From NCBI GenBank assembly GCA_052039105.1, contig JBQGDO010000100.1, positions 10,701-74,700 on the forward strand: a DNA stretch of 64,000 bases, given 5' to 3'. The first letter of the stretch is position 1. The number at the start of each line of letters is the position of its first letter. The notes below the pieces were generated by a model. It worked only from the letters and a program-made list of their open reading frames with translations. It had not been told where the DNA came from and did not search any database. The DNA is from Methyloceanibacter sp. (GTDB taxonomy: Bacteria > Pseudomonadota > Alphaproteobacteria > Rhizobiales > Methyloligellaceae). Both the position numbers and the translations under genes were made by a program. This document shows, piece after piece, positions 54,437-64,000 of the stretch.

Positions 54437-56713
54437 ATGGCGCGGGCGCATTCTGCGCGTGAGGGATTCGCGTTTGCGGGGCCGAACTGGCAGGATTTCC
54501 GCGCGGTTATCGGCCGTCATCTGTCCAATACGCAACGTCTGCGACGGCTTGTGCCGCTTCTGCTCGCGGGCTTTGCCGCCGTCGCCATCCTCGGCTTCAC
54601 CACGCAATTGACGATGGGCAAGCGGGCCGCTCTGGATGCGGCCCGCCAGCAACTCGCCCTGATCGCCGATAACGCCGCACTGAGCCTCAAGGACAAGACG
54701 CTCAGTTCGAGCACCGATTGGCAGAGCGCACTCGCTTCAAGCCTGCCCAAGGGTGCCACCACCGAGAACCGCGTTGCGCTGCTTGCCGACGCGGAGGGGT
54801 ATATCCGGGGTCGCGCGCCGCTCGATGCTTCGCGCTCCGGCAATCTTCTGAACATTCTCGGCCCACAGCAACCGCTGACCACCTTCGGGGCCGAGGCTGG
54901 CGTGCTGCGGCTCACCTTGCTCGACGGCACCGACGCGATCGTGACGGTGCGCAACGTTCCGCAAACCGACGCGCAATTGGCTTTCCTGCAACCGGTCGAT
55001 GCTGCGCTTGCAGACTGGCGCAACGCCGCGCGTCTGGAGATTACGCTGCTCTTCTTCGCCGGACTTATTCTGGCGCTGCTCGCCGGCGGCCTCTGGTACC
55101 TCGTCCCCGCCGCCTCGCGCGAGAAGGACGGCGTGCTTGCCAAGGAGCTAAGCGAAGCTCTGCCCGGCTGCGGTGTCTGGCGCTGGAACCTCGCTCGCGG
55201 CCATGTGCAATGGTCCGCGCCCATGTACCGCATGCTCGGACTTGAGCCGCGCGATAAGGCCATGGCCTTTGGCACGATCGCCCGCACCCTCCATCCCGAC
55301 GACGATCTGCGTGGCGTGATCGACCGGCATTTGCGCGAAGGCGCGTCTTTGTTCGACGGATGCTTCCGCCTGCGCCACGCCCAGGGGCAGTGGGTCGCCC
55401 TGCGACTGCGTGGCCACATCACTCGCGTCTCAGGCGAACCATGTCTCACCGGAATCGCCGTCATGGCCGAGCATGAGATCGTATCCGGCTCGCCGGACGA
55501 GAATGCGAGACTGCGCGATGCCGTCGAGACCATCTCCGAGGCCTTCGTGCTATGGAACCGAGAGAACCGGCTGGTGATGTGCAACAGCAAATACCAGCAG
55601 TTCCACGGCCTGCCGGACGATATGGTGCGCCCGGGCAGCCCCTATGACGAGGTGATCGCCGCCGCATCCGAGCCGATCGTTTCCAAGCGCGTGGCGGTGA
55701 CCGGTGGCAACGACGATGACAGCCGCACCTACGAGGCGCAACTCGACGATGGCCGTTGGCTGCACATCAACGAGCGCCGCACGCGAGACGGCGGCTATGT
55801 CAGCGTCGGCACCGACATCACCGTGCTCAAGGAGAGCCAACAGCTTCTCGCCGACAGCGAACAGCAGCTTCGCGCGAGCGTCGCCGAGCTCAGGCTCTCG
55901 CGCCGCGAGCTCGAGCAGCAGAAGCAACAGCTGGTCGACCTCGCCGAGAAATACGCGTTGGAAAAGAATCGCGCTGAGGCCGCCAACCGCGCCAAGTCTG
56001 AATTCCTTGCCAATATCAGCCACGAGCTGCGCACGCCGCTCAACGCGGTGATCGGCTTCTCCGAGGTGATGCAGCAGGCTTTATTCGGCCCGCTCGGTCA
56101 TCCCAAATATCAGGAATATGCCCGCGATATCTACGCGAGCGGCGCATATCTGTTGGAAGTCATCAACGACATTCTCGACATGTCCAAGATCGAAGCCGGC
56201 CGCATGTCGCTCGACGTCGGTACGGTCGACCTCGCCGACATCGTCGAGGACAGCATGAAGGTCGTCGGCCAAGCCGCGGCCGAACGCAATATCGCGCTCG
56301 GGCGCCACGGTCCGCAGCATCTGGTGCTCGAAGCCGACCGGCGCGCGCTCAAGCAGGTGTTCCTCAACCTGCTCTCCAACGCCGTCAAGTTCACCCGCGA
56401 CGGCGGCAGCGTCGACGTGCATCTCTCGCGCTCGCGGGGGCATGTGAAGATCGCCATCAAGGACACGGGCATTGGCATCCCCGAGACGGATATCGCCAAG
56501 CTCGGTCGTCCTTTCGAGCAGGTCGAGAACCAATTCTCCAAGAGCCATCAGGGCAGCGGCCTCGGCCTCGCCATCTCCCGCGCGTTGGTCGAACTGCACG
56601 GCGGCACATTGCGCATCACCAGCCGCGAAGGACACGGCACGACCGTCACCTGTACCCTGCCGGCGCGGCCGGTGATCGCCGACGAAGAGCCGCAGTTCGC
56701 CGCCAGCGCCTGA
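54437..56713 (+). CDS. pleC: Cell-cycle PAS-domain histidine kinase PleC
   Basis: 2 TM, LGPQQPLTTFGAEAGV, two PAS domains, RLRDAVETISEAFVLW, KYALEK.RAE.AN.AKSEFLAN.SHELRTPLNA; downstream of pepN. Confidence 0.85.
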   Translation: MARAHSAREGFAFAGPNWQDFRAVIGRHLSNTQRLRRLVPLLLAGFAAVAILGFTTQLTMGKRAALDAARQQLALIADNAALSLKDKTLSSSTDWQSALASSLPKGATTENRVALLADAEGYIRGRAPLDASRSGNLLNILGPQQPLTTFGAEAGVLRLTLLDGTDAIVTVRNVPQTDAQLAFLQPVDAALADWRNAARLEITLLFFAGLILALLAGGLWYLVPAASREKDGVLAKELSEALPGCGVWRWNLARGHVQWSAPMYRMLGLEPRDKAMAFGTIARTLHPDDDLRGVIDRHLREGASLFDGCFRLRHAQGQWVALRLRGHITRVSGEPCLTGIAVMAEHEIVSGSPDENARLRDAVETISEAFVLWNRENRLVMCNSKYQQFHGLPDDMVRPGSPYDEVIAAASEPIVSKRVAVTGGNDDDSRTYEAQLDDGRWLHINERRTRDGGYVSVGTDITVLKESQQLLADSEQQLRASVAELRLSRRELEQQKQQLVDLAEKYALEKNRAEAANRAKSEFLANISHELRTPLNAVIGFSEVMQQALFGPLGHPKYQEYARDIYASGAYLLEVINDILDMSKIEAGRMSLDVGTVDLADIVEDSMKVVGQAAAERNIALGRHGPQHLVLEADRRALKQVFLNLLSNAVKFTRDGGSVDVHLSRSRGHVKIAIKDTGIGIPETDIAKLGRPFEQVENQFSKSHQGSGLGLAISRALVELHGGTLRITSREGHGTTVTCTLPARPVIADEEPQFAASA

Positions 56714-56727
56714 CAGTCCGCCGCGCG

Positions 56728-56745
56728 AAAACTTAGCTAAGTTTT
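56728..56745. promoter_or_regulatory. Perfect 18-bp AT-rich palindrome (candidate operator)
   Basis: AAAACTTAGCTAAGTTTT upstream of the REC-EAL gene. Confidence 0.5.
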
Positions 56746-56863
56746 TGATATAGTTTTAGATATTAACCGTCGCGGTGAGTTTCTTCGCCCGGCCACGCCG
56801 TCTCCTTAATTACGAACCCTTCACCTTCGCAACATGGCCGCCTCGTCAATGACGGAGGGGACC

Positions 56864-58162
56864 ATGGACGAGCGAGAGCCCGGACGGGCCGCGCCTTTAG
56901 TCTGCATCACCGACGGCAAGCATCACATCCGCCAGTTCCTGCGCGAGGCTCTGGGCGAATACAATTTCACTCTCTACGAATGCGTGGAAACCGCCGACCT
57001 GGACGCAGCGCTCGACGCCCGCGCGCCCGACCTCATCGTTCTCGGCTTGACGGCGGGCTACGTCGCCGCGGGCGAGCTGCTTGAAGCGCTCGCCGCCAAG
57101 AATTTCGACGGCAGCGTATTGCCCTTCGCCGAACGCGACTCGGCGGCGCTGGAAACCATCCAAGAAATCGCCGAGCGATTCGGCATAAGGCTCCTGCCCC
57201 CGCTGCTCATGCCCTTCACCAGGGAGCGGCTGCGCGAGAGCATCGCCATCCTGCTGCCCGAGGGCGCCACGGGGCCCCTGGTGGACATGGCCGAGGCGGT
57301 GCGCGGAGGCTGGCTCGAGCTTTGGTATCAGCCGAAGATCGACGCCCGCGCCGTCGTCATGCGCGGCGTCGAGGCGCTGCTGCGCATTCGGCATCCGGCC
57401 TGGGGCATCGTGCCCCCCGCCTATCTCGTGCCGAATGACGGCGATCCGCGTTTTGCACCGCTCTCGGAGCAGGTGATCAGCCAGGCGGTCGACGACTGGT
57501 ACTATTTCTTCGCCCAGCGCGGCCCGATCGAGACGGCCATCAATCTGCCGATCGCTTTTCTTCAGGAACGCGACTCGCTCGCGCGGCTTTGCCGCAAATT
57601 GCCGCAAAGCTCCGCCTTCCAAGGACTCATCGTCGAGATCAACGGCACGGAGATCGTGCGCAATCTGCGCCTGGCGCGCGAGGTGGCCGATGAGCTCCGG
57701 CTGCATAAGATCGCGATCTCGATCGACGATCTCGGCGCGGAATGGCTTTCGCTTACCGGCCTGTGCCACTTCCCCTTTGTCGAGCTGAAAGTCGACCGCA
57801 AATTCGTCACCGGTTGCGCCAAGGACCGGCTGAAGCAATCGATCTGTCGGCGCATCCTCGACCTTGCCGGCAGCTATGGCGCTCGCACCGTCGCCGAAGG
57901 GGTGGAGACCTGGGCGGATTTTCTCGCCGTGCGGGAGATGGGCTTCGACCTTGCTCAAGGTTTCTTGTTCGCCAAGCCGATGAGCGCGCAGAAATTCGTG
58001 CAGACCTGCTGGTCGTCCTCCCAACCCTCACTCGCCTCGCCGCACAACGGCTCGCGCCCCGCGCTTGCCTTCGCCGCGCCCGAACCAAGCCTCGATGAGC
58101 CGCCCCACCTGCCCAACCTGGTGCGCTTGGGGCAGAATTTGCGGCGGCGCGAGGCGCTGTGA
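56864..58162 (+). CDS. Pseudo-receiver + EAL domain protein
   Basis: LWYQPK, VEALLR, IDDLG, LKVDR.FV, VAEGVE, QGF; REC-like N-terminus lacks the acceptor Asp; start 56864 or 56834. Confidence 0.85.
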   Translation: MDEREPGRAAPLVCITDGKHHIRQFLREALGEYNFTLYECVETADLDAALDARAPDLIVLGLTAGYVAAGELLEALAAKNFDGSVLPFAERDSAALETIQEIAERFGIRLLPPLLMPFTRERLRESIAILLPEGATGPLVDMAEAVRGGWLELWYQPKIDARAVVMRGVEALLRIRHPAWGIVPPAYLVPNDGDPRFAPLSEQVISQAVDDWYYFFAQRGPIETAINLPIAFLQERDSLARLCRKLPQSSAFQGLIVEINGTEIVRNLRLAREVADELRLHKIAISIDDLGAEWLSLTGLCHFPFVELKVDRKFVTGCAKDRLKQSICRRILDLAGSYGARTVAEGVETWADFLAVREMGFDLAQGFLFAKPMSAQKFVQTCWSSSQPSLASPHNGSRPALAFAAPEPSLDEPPHLPNLVRLGQNLRRREAL

Positions 58163-58165
58163 GGC

Positions 58166-61093
58166 TTAAGCCACGATGCGCTCGAAGGCCGCATGAACCG
58201 CCGCGAGCGTGTCCTTGAGCGAAGCTTCCAGCGTGGGGAAATCGGGCATCTCCGAGGCCCGCGCCAACAGATCCTTCAGCGCGCGCGGCGCCTCCTCCGC
58301 CGCGAATGGCTTGTCGAGACAGAGCCTGAGCACCTGCGTCAGCGTGTGGTAAAGCCGCGCCGCCGGCACCAGGATTTCGGCATTGCCAGCCGACAGCACG
58401 CCGGTCGCCGAAAGCTTGGACAGTGCCAGCTCGGTATTTTGCTCGAGCACGTCTGGGTGTTCTGCGGCGCTCACGATTTGCAGAAACTGCGCGATGAACT
58501 CAAGATCGATCAGCCCGCCGCGGGCGTGCTTCAAATCCCAGAGATCCGCGCTCCCCTTCTCCTCGGCGATCTTGGTCCGCATCGCCCTGACATCTTCCGC
58601 CACCTTGGCCCGGTCGCGCGGGGCGCAAAGCACTTCATTGGTCGTGTCGACGATTTGCCGCCGCAACGGCGCCGGCCCGGTCACCACGCGCGCGCGCGAC
58701 AGCGCAAGGCGCTCCCAGGTCCAGGCCGAGCCCTTTTGGTAGTCGATGAAGCTGGAGAGTTTGGTGGCGACCGGCCCTTGGCTGCCCGAAGGCCTAAGCC
58801 GCATGTCCACTTGATAGAGAGAGCCCTCGGCGGTCTCGGCCGAAAGCGCGGCGATCAGGCGCTGGGTGAATCGCGAGTAGTATTGCGGCCCGGGCAGGCT
58901 TCTCGGCCCATCGGAGTGGGCGCCGTCGCCCTCGTAATCGTAGACGATGATCAGATCGAGATCGGACCCCGCCGTCATCTCGCGCCCGCCGAGCTTGCCC
59001 ATGGCGATGATGGCGGCTTGCCCTCCCGGCATGCGGCCATGCGCCCGGACGAGCTCCTCCTCGACGCGGGCGGCGAGCGCCTCGATCAGGGTCTCGGCAT
59101 GGGCCGCATAGGCCGCGCCCGCTTGCCGGGCCGAAAGCGTGCCCGAGATCACACGCACCCCGATAAGAAAGCCCTGTTCCCGGCCGACAATGCGCGCACG
59201 GTCGAGCGCGTCTTGATAGTCGTTTGCCTCGGCGATCGCGCCGGTGACCAATTCCTTCAATCTGGCGGGAGTCGGCACCGCGCCGAAGAATCCAGGATCG
59301 AGCACCGCGTCGAGCAGGCGGGGCCTGCGGCCGATGATGCGCGCCAGCCGCGGCGCCGTCCCCATGATGTCGGCGACAAGCCGCAATAGACTCGGATTGG
59401 CCGCAAGCAGCGAGAAGAGTTGCAGCCCCGCCGGCATCCCGGCGATCACCCGGTCGAAGGTGGCGAGCGCGAGATCCGGCTCGGCCGTACGGCCGAACGC
59501 ATCGAGCAGCGAGGGAAGGAATTCGGTCAGCCGCTCGCGCGCCTTCAGGCTGCGCGTCGCCGCGTAGCGCCCCGACTGCCATGCCCTGATGGCGGCGACG
59601 GCCGCATCCGGATTGCGGAAGCCGAGCCGCTCCAGGCTGGCGAGCGCCGCCGGATCGCCCTCATCGGCCGAGACGACGATCGTTGGCGCTGCATTCGGCA
59701 GATCGGGCAACTTCTCGAACAGCGCGCCGTAATGCGCCTCGACCCGCTTGAACCGCGACAGCAGCGCTTCGCCGAAGGCGTTGGCGTCGGCAAATCCCGA
59801 GAGCCTCGCCACGCGGTCAAGCTCATCGCGCTCAGCCGGAATTATGTGGGTCTGCTGATCGCCGATCATTTGCAGCCGATTTTCGATGCGGCGCAGGAAG
59901 AGATAGGCTTCGCTGAGGTCTTTCTCCGCGTCGGGCGCGATCCAGCCGCCAGCCGCCAGCCGTTGCAAGGTCTCGATCGTGCCACGGGTTCTGAGCTCGG
60001 GGTGCCGCCCGCCGGCGATCAGTTGCTGCGTCTGTGCGAAGAACTCGATGTCGCGGATGCCGCCGCGTCCGAGCTTGACGTCGTGGCCCTCCACGGCAAT
60101 GGCGCCATGCCCCTTGAAGGCATGCACCCGCCGCTTCATGGCGTGAATATCGGCGATCGCCGCGAAGTCTAGATATTTGCGCCAAATGAACGGGCCGAGC
60201 TGGCTCAGGAATTCATCGCCGAGCGCGATGTCCCCGGCGGCGGCCCGCGCCTTGATCAAGGCGGCGCGCTCCCAGTTCTGGCCGAAGCTCTCGTAATAGG
60301 TGAGTCCCGCCTCGACCGAGAGCGCGATCTGGGTGGCGCCGGGATCGGGCCTCAGCCTCAGATCGGTGCGGAACACATAACCGTCGGCGGTGTGCTCTTG
60401 AAGCAGGCGCACGATCTCGCGCGTCAGCCGCACGAAAAAAGTCGACGGCTCGACCCCCGGCGCAAGCCCGGCGCGCTCCGCGTCATAAAAGACGATGATG
60501 TCGATATCGCTGGAATAATTCAGCTCGCGCGCGCCGAGCTTGCCCATGGCGATGATGAAATAGCCCGGAGCGGGCCCGGCATTCTCCGACTGCGGCACGA
60601 GCTGGCCGGATTCGCGTGCCTTGCGAAAGAGAAAAGCTGTCGCCTGCTGCAAAACCGCATCGGCGCCGGCGCTCATCGCCTTGAAGGTCGCTTCGGTCGT
60701 CCAGACGCCGCCAAGATCGGCGAGTCCGGTGAGCAAAGCGATCCGGCGCTTGAAGCGCCGCATCAGGCTCATGGCCTCGGCGGCTGTCGATGTTTGTGCC
60801 ACGTCCGCGGCAAGCGCCCGGCACGCGTCATCGAGATGCGCATCCGGATCGCGGGTGACGCACTCGGCAAACAGAGCCGGATCGCGCGAGGCAAGCGAGG
60901 TGAGATAGGGGGAGCCGGCAAACACGCCGAGCAGCAGCTCTCTGAGCTGCGGCGTTTCGCCCAGGAGTGCGGCTGCGGGAGCATGGCCGGGCGTTTTGGC
61001 GAGGGAGTCGCTGAGGGATTGGAGCGACTCGGCGCCCCGCGGCTCGTCGTGGACGCGGGGGGCCTGGGTGATGCGCTCGAAGAACGCCGTCAC
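58166..61093 (-). CDS. glnE: Bifunctional glutamine synthetase adenylyltransferase/deadenylase
   Basis: Two MGKLG..E....SD motifs, DLRLRP, WERAA, KLGRGGIRDIEF. Confidence 0.96.
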   Translation of the reverse strand: MTAFFERITQAPRVHDEPRGAESLQSLSDSLAKTPGHAPAAALLGETPQLRELLLGVFAGSPYLTSLASRDPALFAECVTRDPDAHLDDACRALAADVAQTSTAAEAMSLMRRFKRRIALLTGLADLGGVWTTEATFKAMSAGADAVLQQATAFLFRKARESGQLVPQSENAGPAPGYFIIAMGKLGARELNYSSDIDIIVFYDAERAGLAPGVEPSTFFVRLTREIVRLLQEHTADGYVFRTDLRLRPDPGATQIALSVEAGLTYYESFGQNWERAALIKARAAAGDIALGDEFLSQLGPFIWRKYLDFAAIADIHAMKRRVHAFKGHGAIAVEGHDVKLGRGGIRDIEFFAQTQQLIAGGRHPELRTRGTIETLQRLAAGGWIAPDAEKDLSEAYLFLRRIENRLQMIGDQQTHIIPAERDELDRVARLSGFADANAFGEALLSRFKRVEAHYGALFEKLPDLPNAAPTIVVSADEGDPAALASLERLGFRNPDAAVAAIRAWQSGRYAATRSLKARERLTEFLPSLLDAFGRTAEPDLALATFDRVIAGMPAGLQLFSLLAANPSLLRLVADIMGTAPRLARIIGRRPRLLDAVLDPGFFGAVPTPARLKELVTGAIAEANDYQDALDRARIVGREQGFLIGVRVISGTLSARQAGAAYAAHAETLIEALAARVEEELVRAHGRMPGGQAAIIAMGKLGGREMTAGSDLDLIIVYDYEGDGAHSDGPRSLPGPQYYSRFTQRLIAALSAETAEGSLYQVDMRLRPSGSQGPVATKLSSFIDYQKGSAWTWERLALSRARVVTGPAPLRRQIVDTTNEVLCAPRDRAKVAEDVRAMRTKIAEEKGSADLWDLKHARGGLIDLEFIAQFLQIVSAAEHPDVLEQNTELALSKLSATGVLSAGNAEILVPAARLYHTLTQVLRLCLDKPFAAEEAPRALKDLLARASEMPDFPTLEASLKDTLAAVHAAFERIVA

Positions 61094-62550
61094 GCCGATC
61101 CGATCTCTGCTCCGGAGGGCGGTTGGTGGGCCGCCCCGTTGACAAGCGCCTCGCCGTTCACCGGCAAGGCGAGGATGACTTTTAGCCCGGGCGCGTTGTC
61201 CTCGAGCTTCAGGCTGCCACCATGCAGCCGCGCCACCGCCGCGACAAGACTTAAACCGAGCCCGCTGCCGGGCTCCGACCGGCTGGCCTCGAGCCTGACG
61301 AAGCGGTCGAGCACGCGTTCCCGGTCCGCCTGGGGCACGCCCGGGCCCCGGTCGGTGACCACTATTTCCGCAACGCCGTTCTTGGCCACGGCACTCACCG
61401 TGACCTCCGGTCGTGCGGGTTCGTTGCCGGGACCCGTCTCCGCCGTGCCGTACTTGATCGCGTTGTCCACGAGATTGGCGATGGCCTGCCCGATGAGCTG
61501 GCGGTCCGCCTTGATGAAGACCGGGGACTCCGCTTGCGCCTTGAGCTCGAGCCCGCGCTCTTCGGCCACGGGTTCGTAAAGCTCGGCCACATCGCGCAGC
61601 AGCGCCGACACATCGAGCGTCTCGCGGTTCTCGGAGCCGGCGCCGGCCTCGATGCGCGCGATCGAGAGCAGCGCATTGAAGGTCTTGATCAGACCGTCCG
61701 CCTCTTCAATGGTTCGCTCCAGCGCCTCGCGGTAGACCGGCTCGCCATAGGGCTCGTGCAACGCCGCCTCGACGCGATTGCGCAAGCGGCTGAGCGGCGT
61801 TTTGAGATCGTGGGCGATGTTGTCGGAGACTTCGCGCAAGCCCGCCATCAACTGCTCGATGCGCGCCAGCATGAGATTGAGACTTTGTGCCAGGCGATCG
61901 AGTTCGTCGCCCGAGCCGTTGATCGGCAAGCGTCCGGTGAGATCGCCTTCCATGATGGTTCGCGTCGTATCCGACAGGGAATCGATCCGCGCCAGCAGCC
62001 TGCGGCTGACCCAATAGCCGCCGCCGATCCCAAACAGCGCCATGACCCCGAGTCCCCACAGCATCGTGGTGCGCACCATGCGGGCGAGCTGACGCCGGTC
62101 CTCGATATCGCGACCGACGATCAGCCGATAGCCGCTCGGCAGCCTGAACACATTGGCAAAGGCGAGGCGGTTCTCCACCCCGCCTTGCGCCGGACGCCGA
62201 TAGACGAATTCCACCGGGCCAAGGCTGTTCCAAAGATCGGGCGTAACCGCGCTCAAATTGCCGGCGAGCCTGCGGCCTTCCTTGTCGGCCACGAGATAGA
62301 GACTGTTGCCGGGCGTTCCGCTGCGCTCGGCGACGGTGCGCACCAACTGCTGCAATCCCCCCGCCCGATATTGCTCGGCGAGCCCCTTGAGTTCGGCATC
62401 GATCGTCTGGCTGAGCTGCTGCGACAGCAGCACCGTCGTGTTCCAGTAGATATAGACGATGGCGAGGATGGCGGCTGCGCTGAACAGCGCAAGATAAGTC
62501 AGCGATAGGCGAAAGGTCGTGGTCCGGAACAGCTTAGTGAGCGCTGTCAC
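61090..62550 (-). CDS. HAMP sensor histidine kinase
   Basis: GTG start at 62550 (VTALTKLFRTTTFRL), 2 TM, HAMP, IAHDLKTPL, NLVDNAIKY, GSGLGL. Confidence 0.92.
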   Translation of the reverse strand: MTALTKLFRTTTFRLSLTYLALFSAAAILAIVYIYWNTTVLLSQQLSQTIDAELKGLAEQYRAGGLQQLVRTVAERSGTPGNSLYLVADKEGRRLAGNLSAVTPDLWNSLGPVEFVYRRPAQGGVENRLAFANVFRLPSGYRLIVGRDIEDRRQLARMVRTTMLWGLGVMALFGIGGGYWVSRRLLARIDSLSDTTRTIMEGDLTGRLPINGSGDELDRLAQSLNLMLARIEQLMAGLREVSDNIAHDLKTPLSRLRNRVEAALHEPYGEPVYREALERTIEEADGLIKTFNALLSIARIEAGAGSENRETLDVSALLRDVAELYEPVAEERGLELKAQAESPVFIKADRQLIGQAIANLVDNAIKYGTAETGPGNEPARPEVTVSAVAKNGVAEIVVTDRGPGVPQADRERVLDRFVRLEASRSEPGSGLGLSLVAAVARLHGGSLKLEDNAPGLKVILALPVNGEALVNGAAHQPPSGAEIGSA

Positions 62551-63214
62551 GGATGGTATAGCCGGCGCCGCGGACCGTGTGCAGGAGGGGGTTTCCGAAA
62601 TTCTTGTCGATCTTGGACCGGAGCCGGGAAATGTGGACGTCGATGACATTCGTCTGGGGATCGAAATGGTAGTCCCAAACATTCTCGAGCAGCATGGTGC
62701 GCGTGACCACCTGACCCGCATGCTTCATCAAATATTCGAGCAAGCGAAACTCGCGCGGCTGCAAGGTAATCGGTTCCCCGGCCCGCGTCACCTTGTGTGA
62801 AAGCCGGTCCAGCACGAGGTCACCGACCTGGAAGCGCGTGCTGCCCTCCTCGGGGGATTTGCGCCGCGCCAGGGCTTCGATGCGCGCCAAAAGCTCGCTG
62901 AAGGCATAAGGCTTGGTGAGATAGTCGTCGCCGCCCGACCGAAGGCCTTTGACCCGGTCATCGACCTCGCCGAGCGCGCTTAAGATTAACGCGGGTGTGC
63001 CGATCTCCTCGGAACGCAACGCGCCGATCACGCTCAGTCCGTCGCATTTCGGCAGCATGCGGTCGACAATGAGCACGTCGTAGGCGTTGGCTCGCGCCAG
63101 TTCGAGCCCGGCATGGCCGTCGCCAGCATGTTCGGCGACATGACCGGACTCCTTAAGCGCCCGCTTCAAGAAGCTGGCAGTCTCTTGATCGTCCTCAATG
63201 ACCAGCACACGCAT
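62534..63214 (-). CDS. OmpR-family response regulator
   Basis: VIEDD, DRMLP, DDYLTKP, TNVIDVHISRLR, TVRGAGY. Confidence 0.95.
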   Translation of the reverse strand: MRVLVIEDDQETASFLKRALKESGHVAEHAGDGHAGLELARANAYDVLIVDRMLPKCDGLSVIGALRSEEIGTPALILSALGEVDDRVKGLRSGGDDYLTKPYAFSELLARIEALARRKSPEEGSTRFQVGDLVLDRLSHKVTRAGEPITLQPREFRLLEYLMKHAGQVVTRTMLLENVWDYHFDPQTNVIDVHISRLRSKIDKNFGNPLLHTVRGAGYTIRDSAH

Positions 63215-63277
63215 GCTTGTATCTCCCTGGCGTCACTCTCTTGCTATGGACCGGAGCTTTAGCCTTAAGAGGATGGC

Positions 63278-63310
63278 GGGCGGCGCGGCGGGGGGAAAAC
63301 CGCGCCGCCC
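63278..63310. terminator. GC-rich hairpin downstream of the degP-like gene
   Basis: GGGCGGCGCGG...CCGCGCCGCCC 11-bp stem; no clear U tract. Confidence 0.5.
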
Positions 63311-63328
63311 TCCGGCGTCGAAAGCGAC

Positions 63329-64000
63329 TTAGGCCGCCTTCTTCAGGGAAAGCGCCACGAAGCGCGTCTGGTCGCCGGACTTAACCTGCATCAGCACCTT
63401 GACGGTATCCTTGTCGGTCTTGGCGCCGTCCATCGCCTTTTTGATGCCGGCGGTGATGTCTGACGGCTTGGACACGGTAACGCCGGCGACCTGCAAGATC
63501 ACGTCGCCGGGCTTCAGGCCTTTGTCGGCGGCGTCGCTTGCCGGATCGACATCGGTGATCACCACGCCCTCGTCGCCGGCGCCTGGAAAGTTTGCAGCCG
63601 GCGCCACCGATAGGCCGAGATTCTTCATCTGCTCGCCGGTTTCCGGCTTCTTTTCCTCCTCGAGCGCGGCAAGCTTCTTGCTGCTCGGGAAGGTGCCCAG
63701 TTTCATGGTGAGCTGACGCTGATCGCCATAGCGGACGATGGACAGCTTCACATCCGTATTCGGATGCAGCTCGGCGATCTTCCGCGCGAGGTCGCGCGAA
63801 TCGTTAATCTTCTCGCCATTCACCTCGACGATGACGTCACCGGGCTTGAGGTCTTCCTTGGCCGCGGGACCGTCCTCGGTCACCTTGGTGATCATGGCGC
63901 CCTTGGCCTCGGCCATGCCAATCGAGTCGGCGATGTCGTCGCTCACGTTCTGGATGACGACGCCGAGCCAGCCGCGATCGACCGTGCCGGTCTCCTTGAG
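63329..64000 (-). CDS. DegP/HtrA (Do family) serine protease, C-terminal two PDZ domains (partial)
   Basis: GTVDRGWLGVVIQNV, GPAAK..LKPGDVI, SDAADKGLKPGDVIL; open to the window end. Confidence 0.9.
   Translation of the reverse strand, partial: LKETGTVDRGWLGVVIQNVSDDIADSIGMAEAKGAMITKVTEDGPAAKEDLKPGDVIVEVNGEKINDSRDLARKIAELHPNTDVKLSIVRYGDQRQLTMKLGTFPSSKKLAALEEEKKPETGEQMKNLGLSVAPAANFPGAGDEGVVITDVDPASDAADKGLKPGDVILQVAGVTVSKPSDITAGIKKAMDGAKTDKDTVKVLMQVKSGDQTRFVALSLKKAA

Noticed and set aside
1-64000. CRISPR array, prophage, IS element, rRNA
   Set aside because: No regularly spaced repeat-spacer array and no transposase, integrase, phage or rRNA signatures were seen.

Overview
GC-rich (visually about 65%) chromosomal segment of an alphaproteobacterium. 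Gene content and order (pepN-pleC, glnE, ndvB/D/C-like cyclic glucan genes, Rhizobiales-type REP palindromes) point to Hyphomicrobiales; this is an inference. About 60 CDS are present, mostly housekeeping (nadE partial, class II DAHP synthase, gor, rpiA, folD, PMM/PGM, dusA, copper ATPase, pepN, pleC, glnE, a two-component pair, degP partial), plus one tRNA-Val(CAC) and two REP-like palindromes. I saw no integrase, transposase, prophage or CRISPR. Three loci deserve most attention. (1) 48.0-50.9 kb: a winged-helix/TolB-like/TPR regulator followed by three small secreted proteins, one a 6-Cys peptide; two promoters share an identical phased TTCAG x3 box with an equally spaced -10 element, a candidate peptide-linked regulatory module. 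(2) 33.0-38.2 kb: a HxlR-type regulator beside a four-domain QueG/RdhA-like Fe-S + SCP2 + FNR + 2Fe-2S fusion, with a P450 and an alpha/beta hydrolase. (3) 23.9-27.4 kb: a large Cys-rich repeat secreted protein, a small secreted peptide and a methyltransferase with similar ECF-like promoters. Several apparent pseudo-enzymes also occur (QPD J-domain, Cys-less caspase fold, degenerate 2H protein). All family calls come from motif recognition by eye, not database searches.
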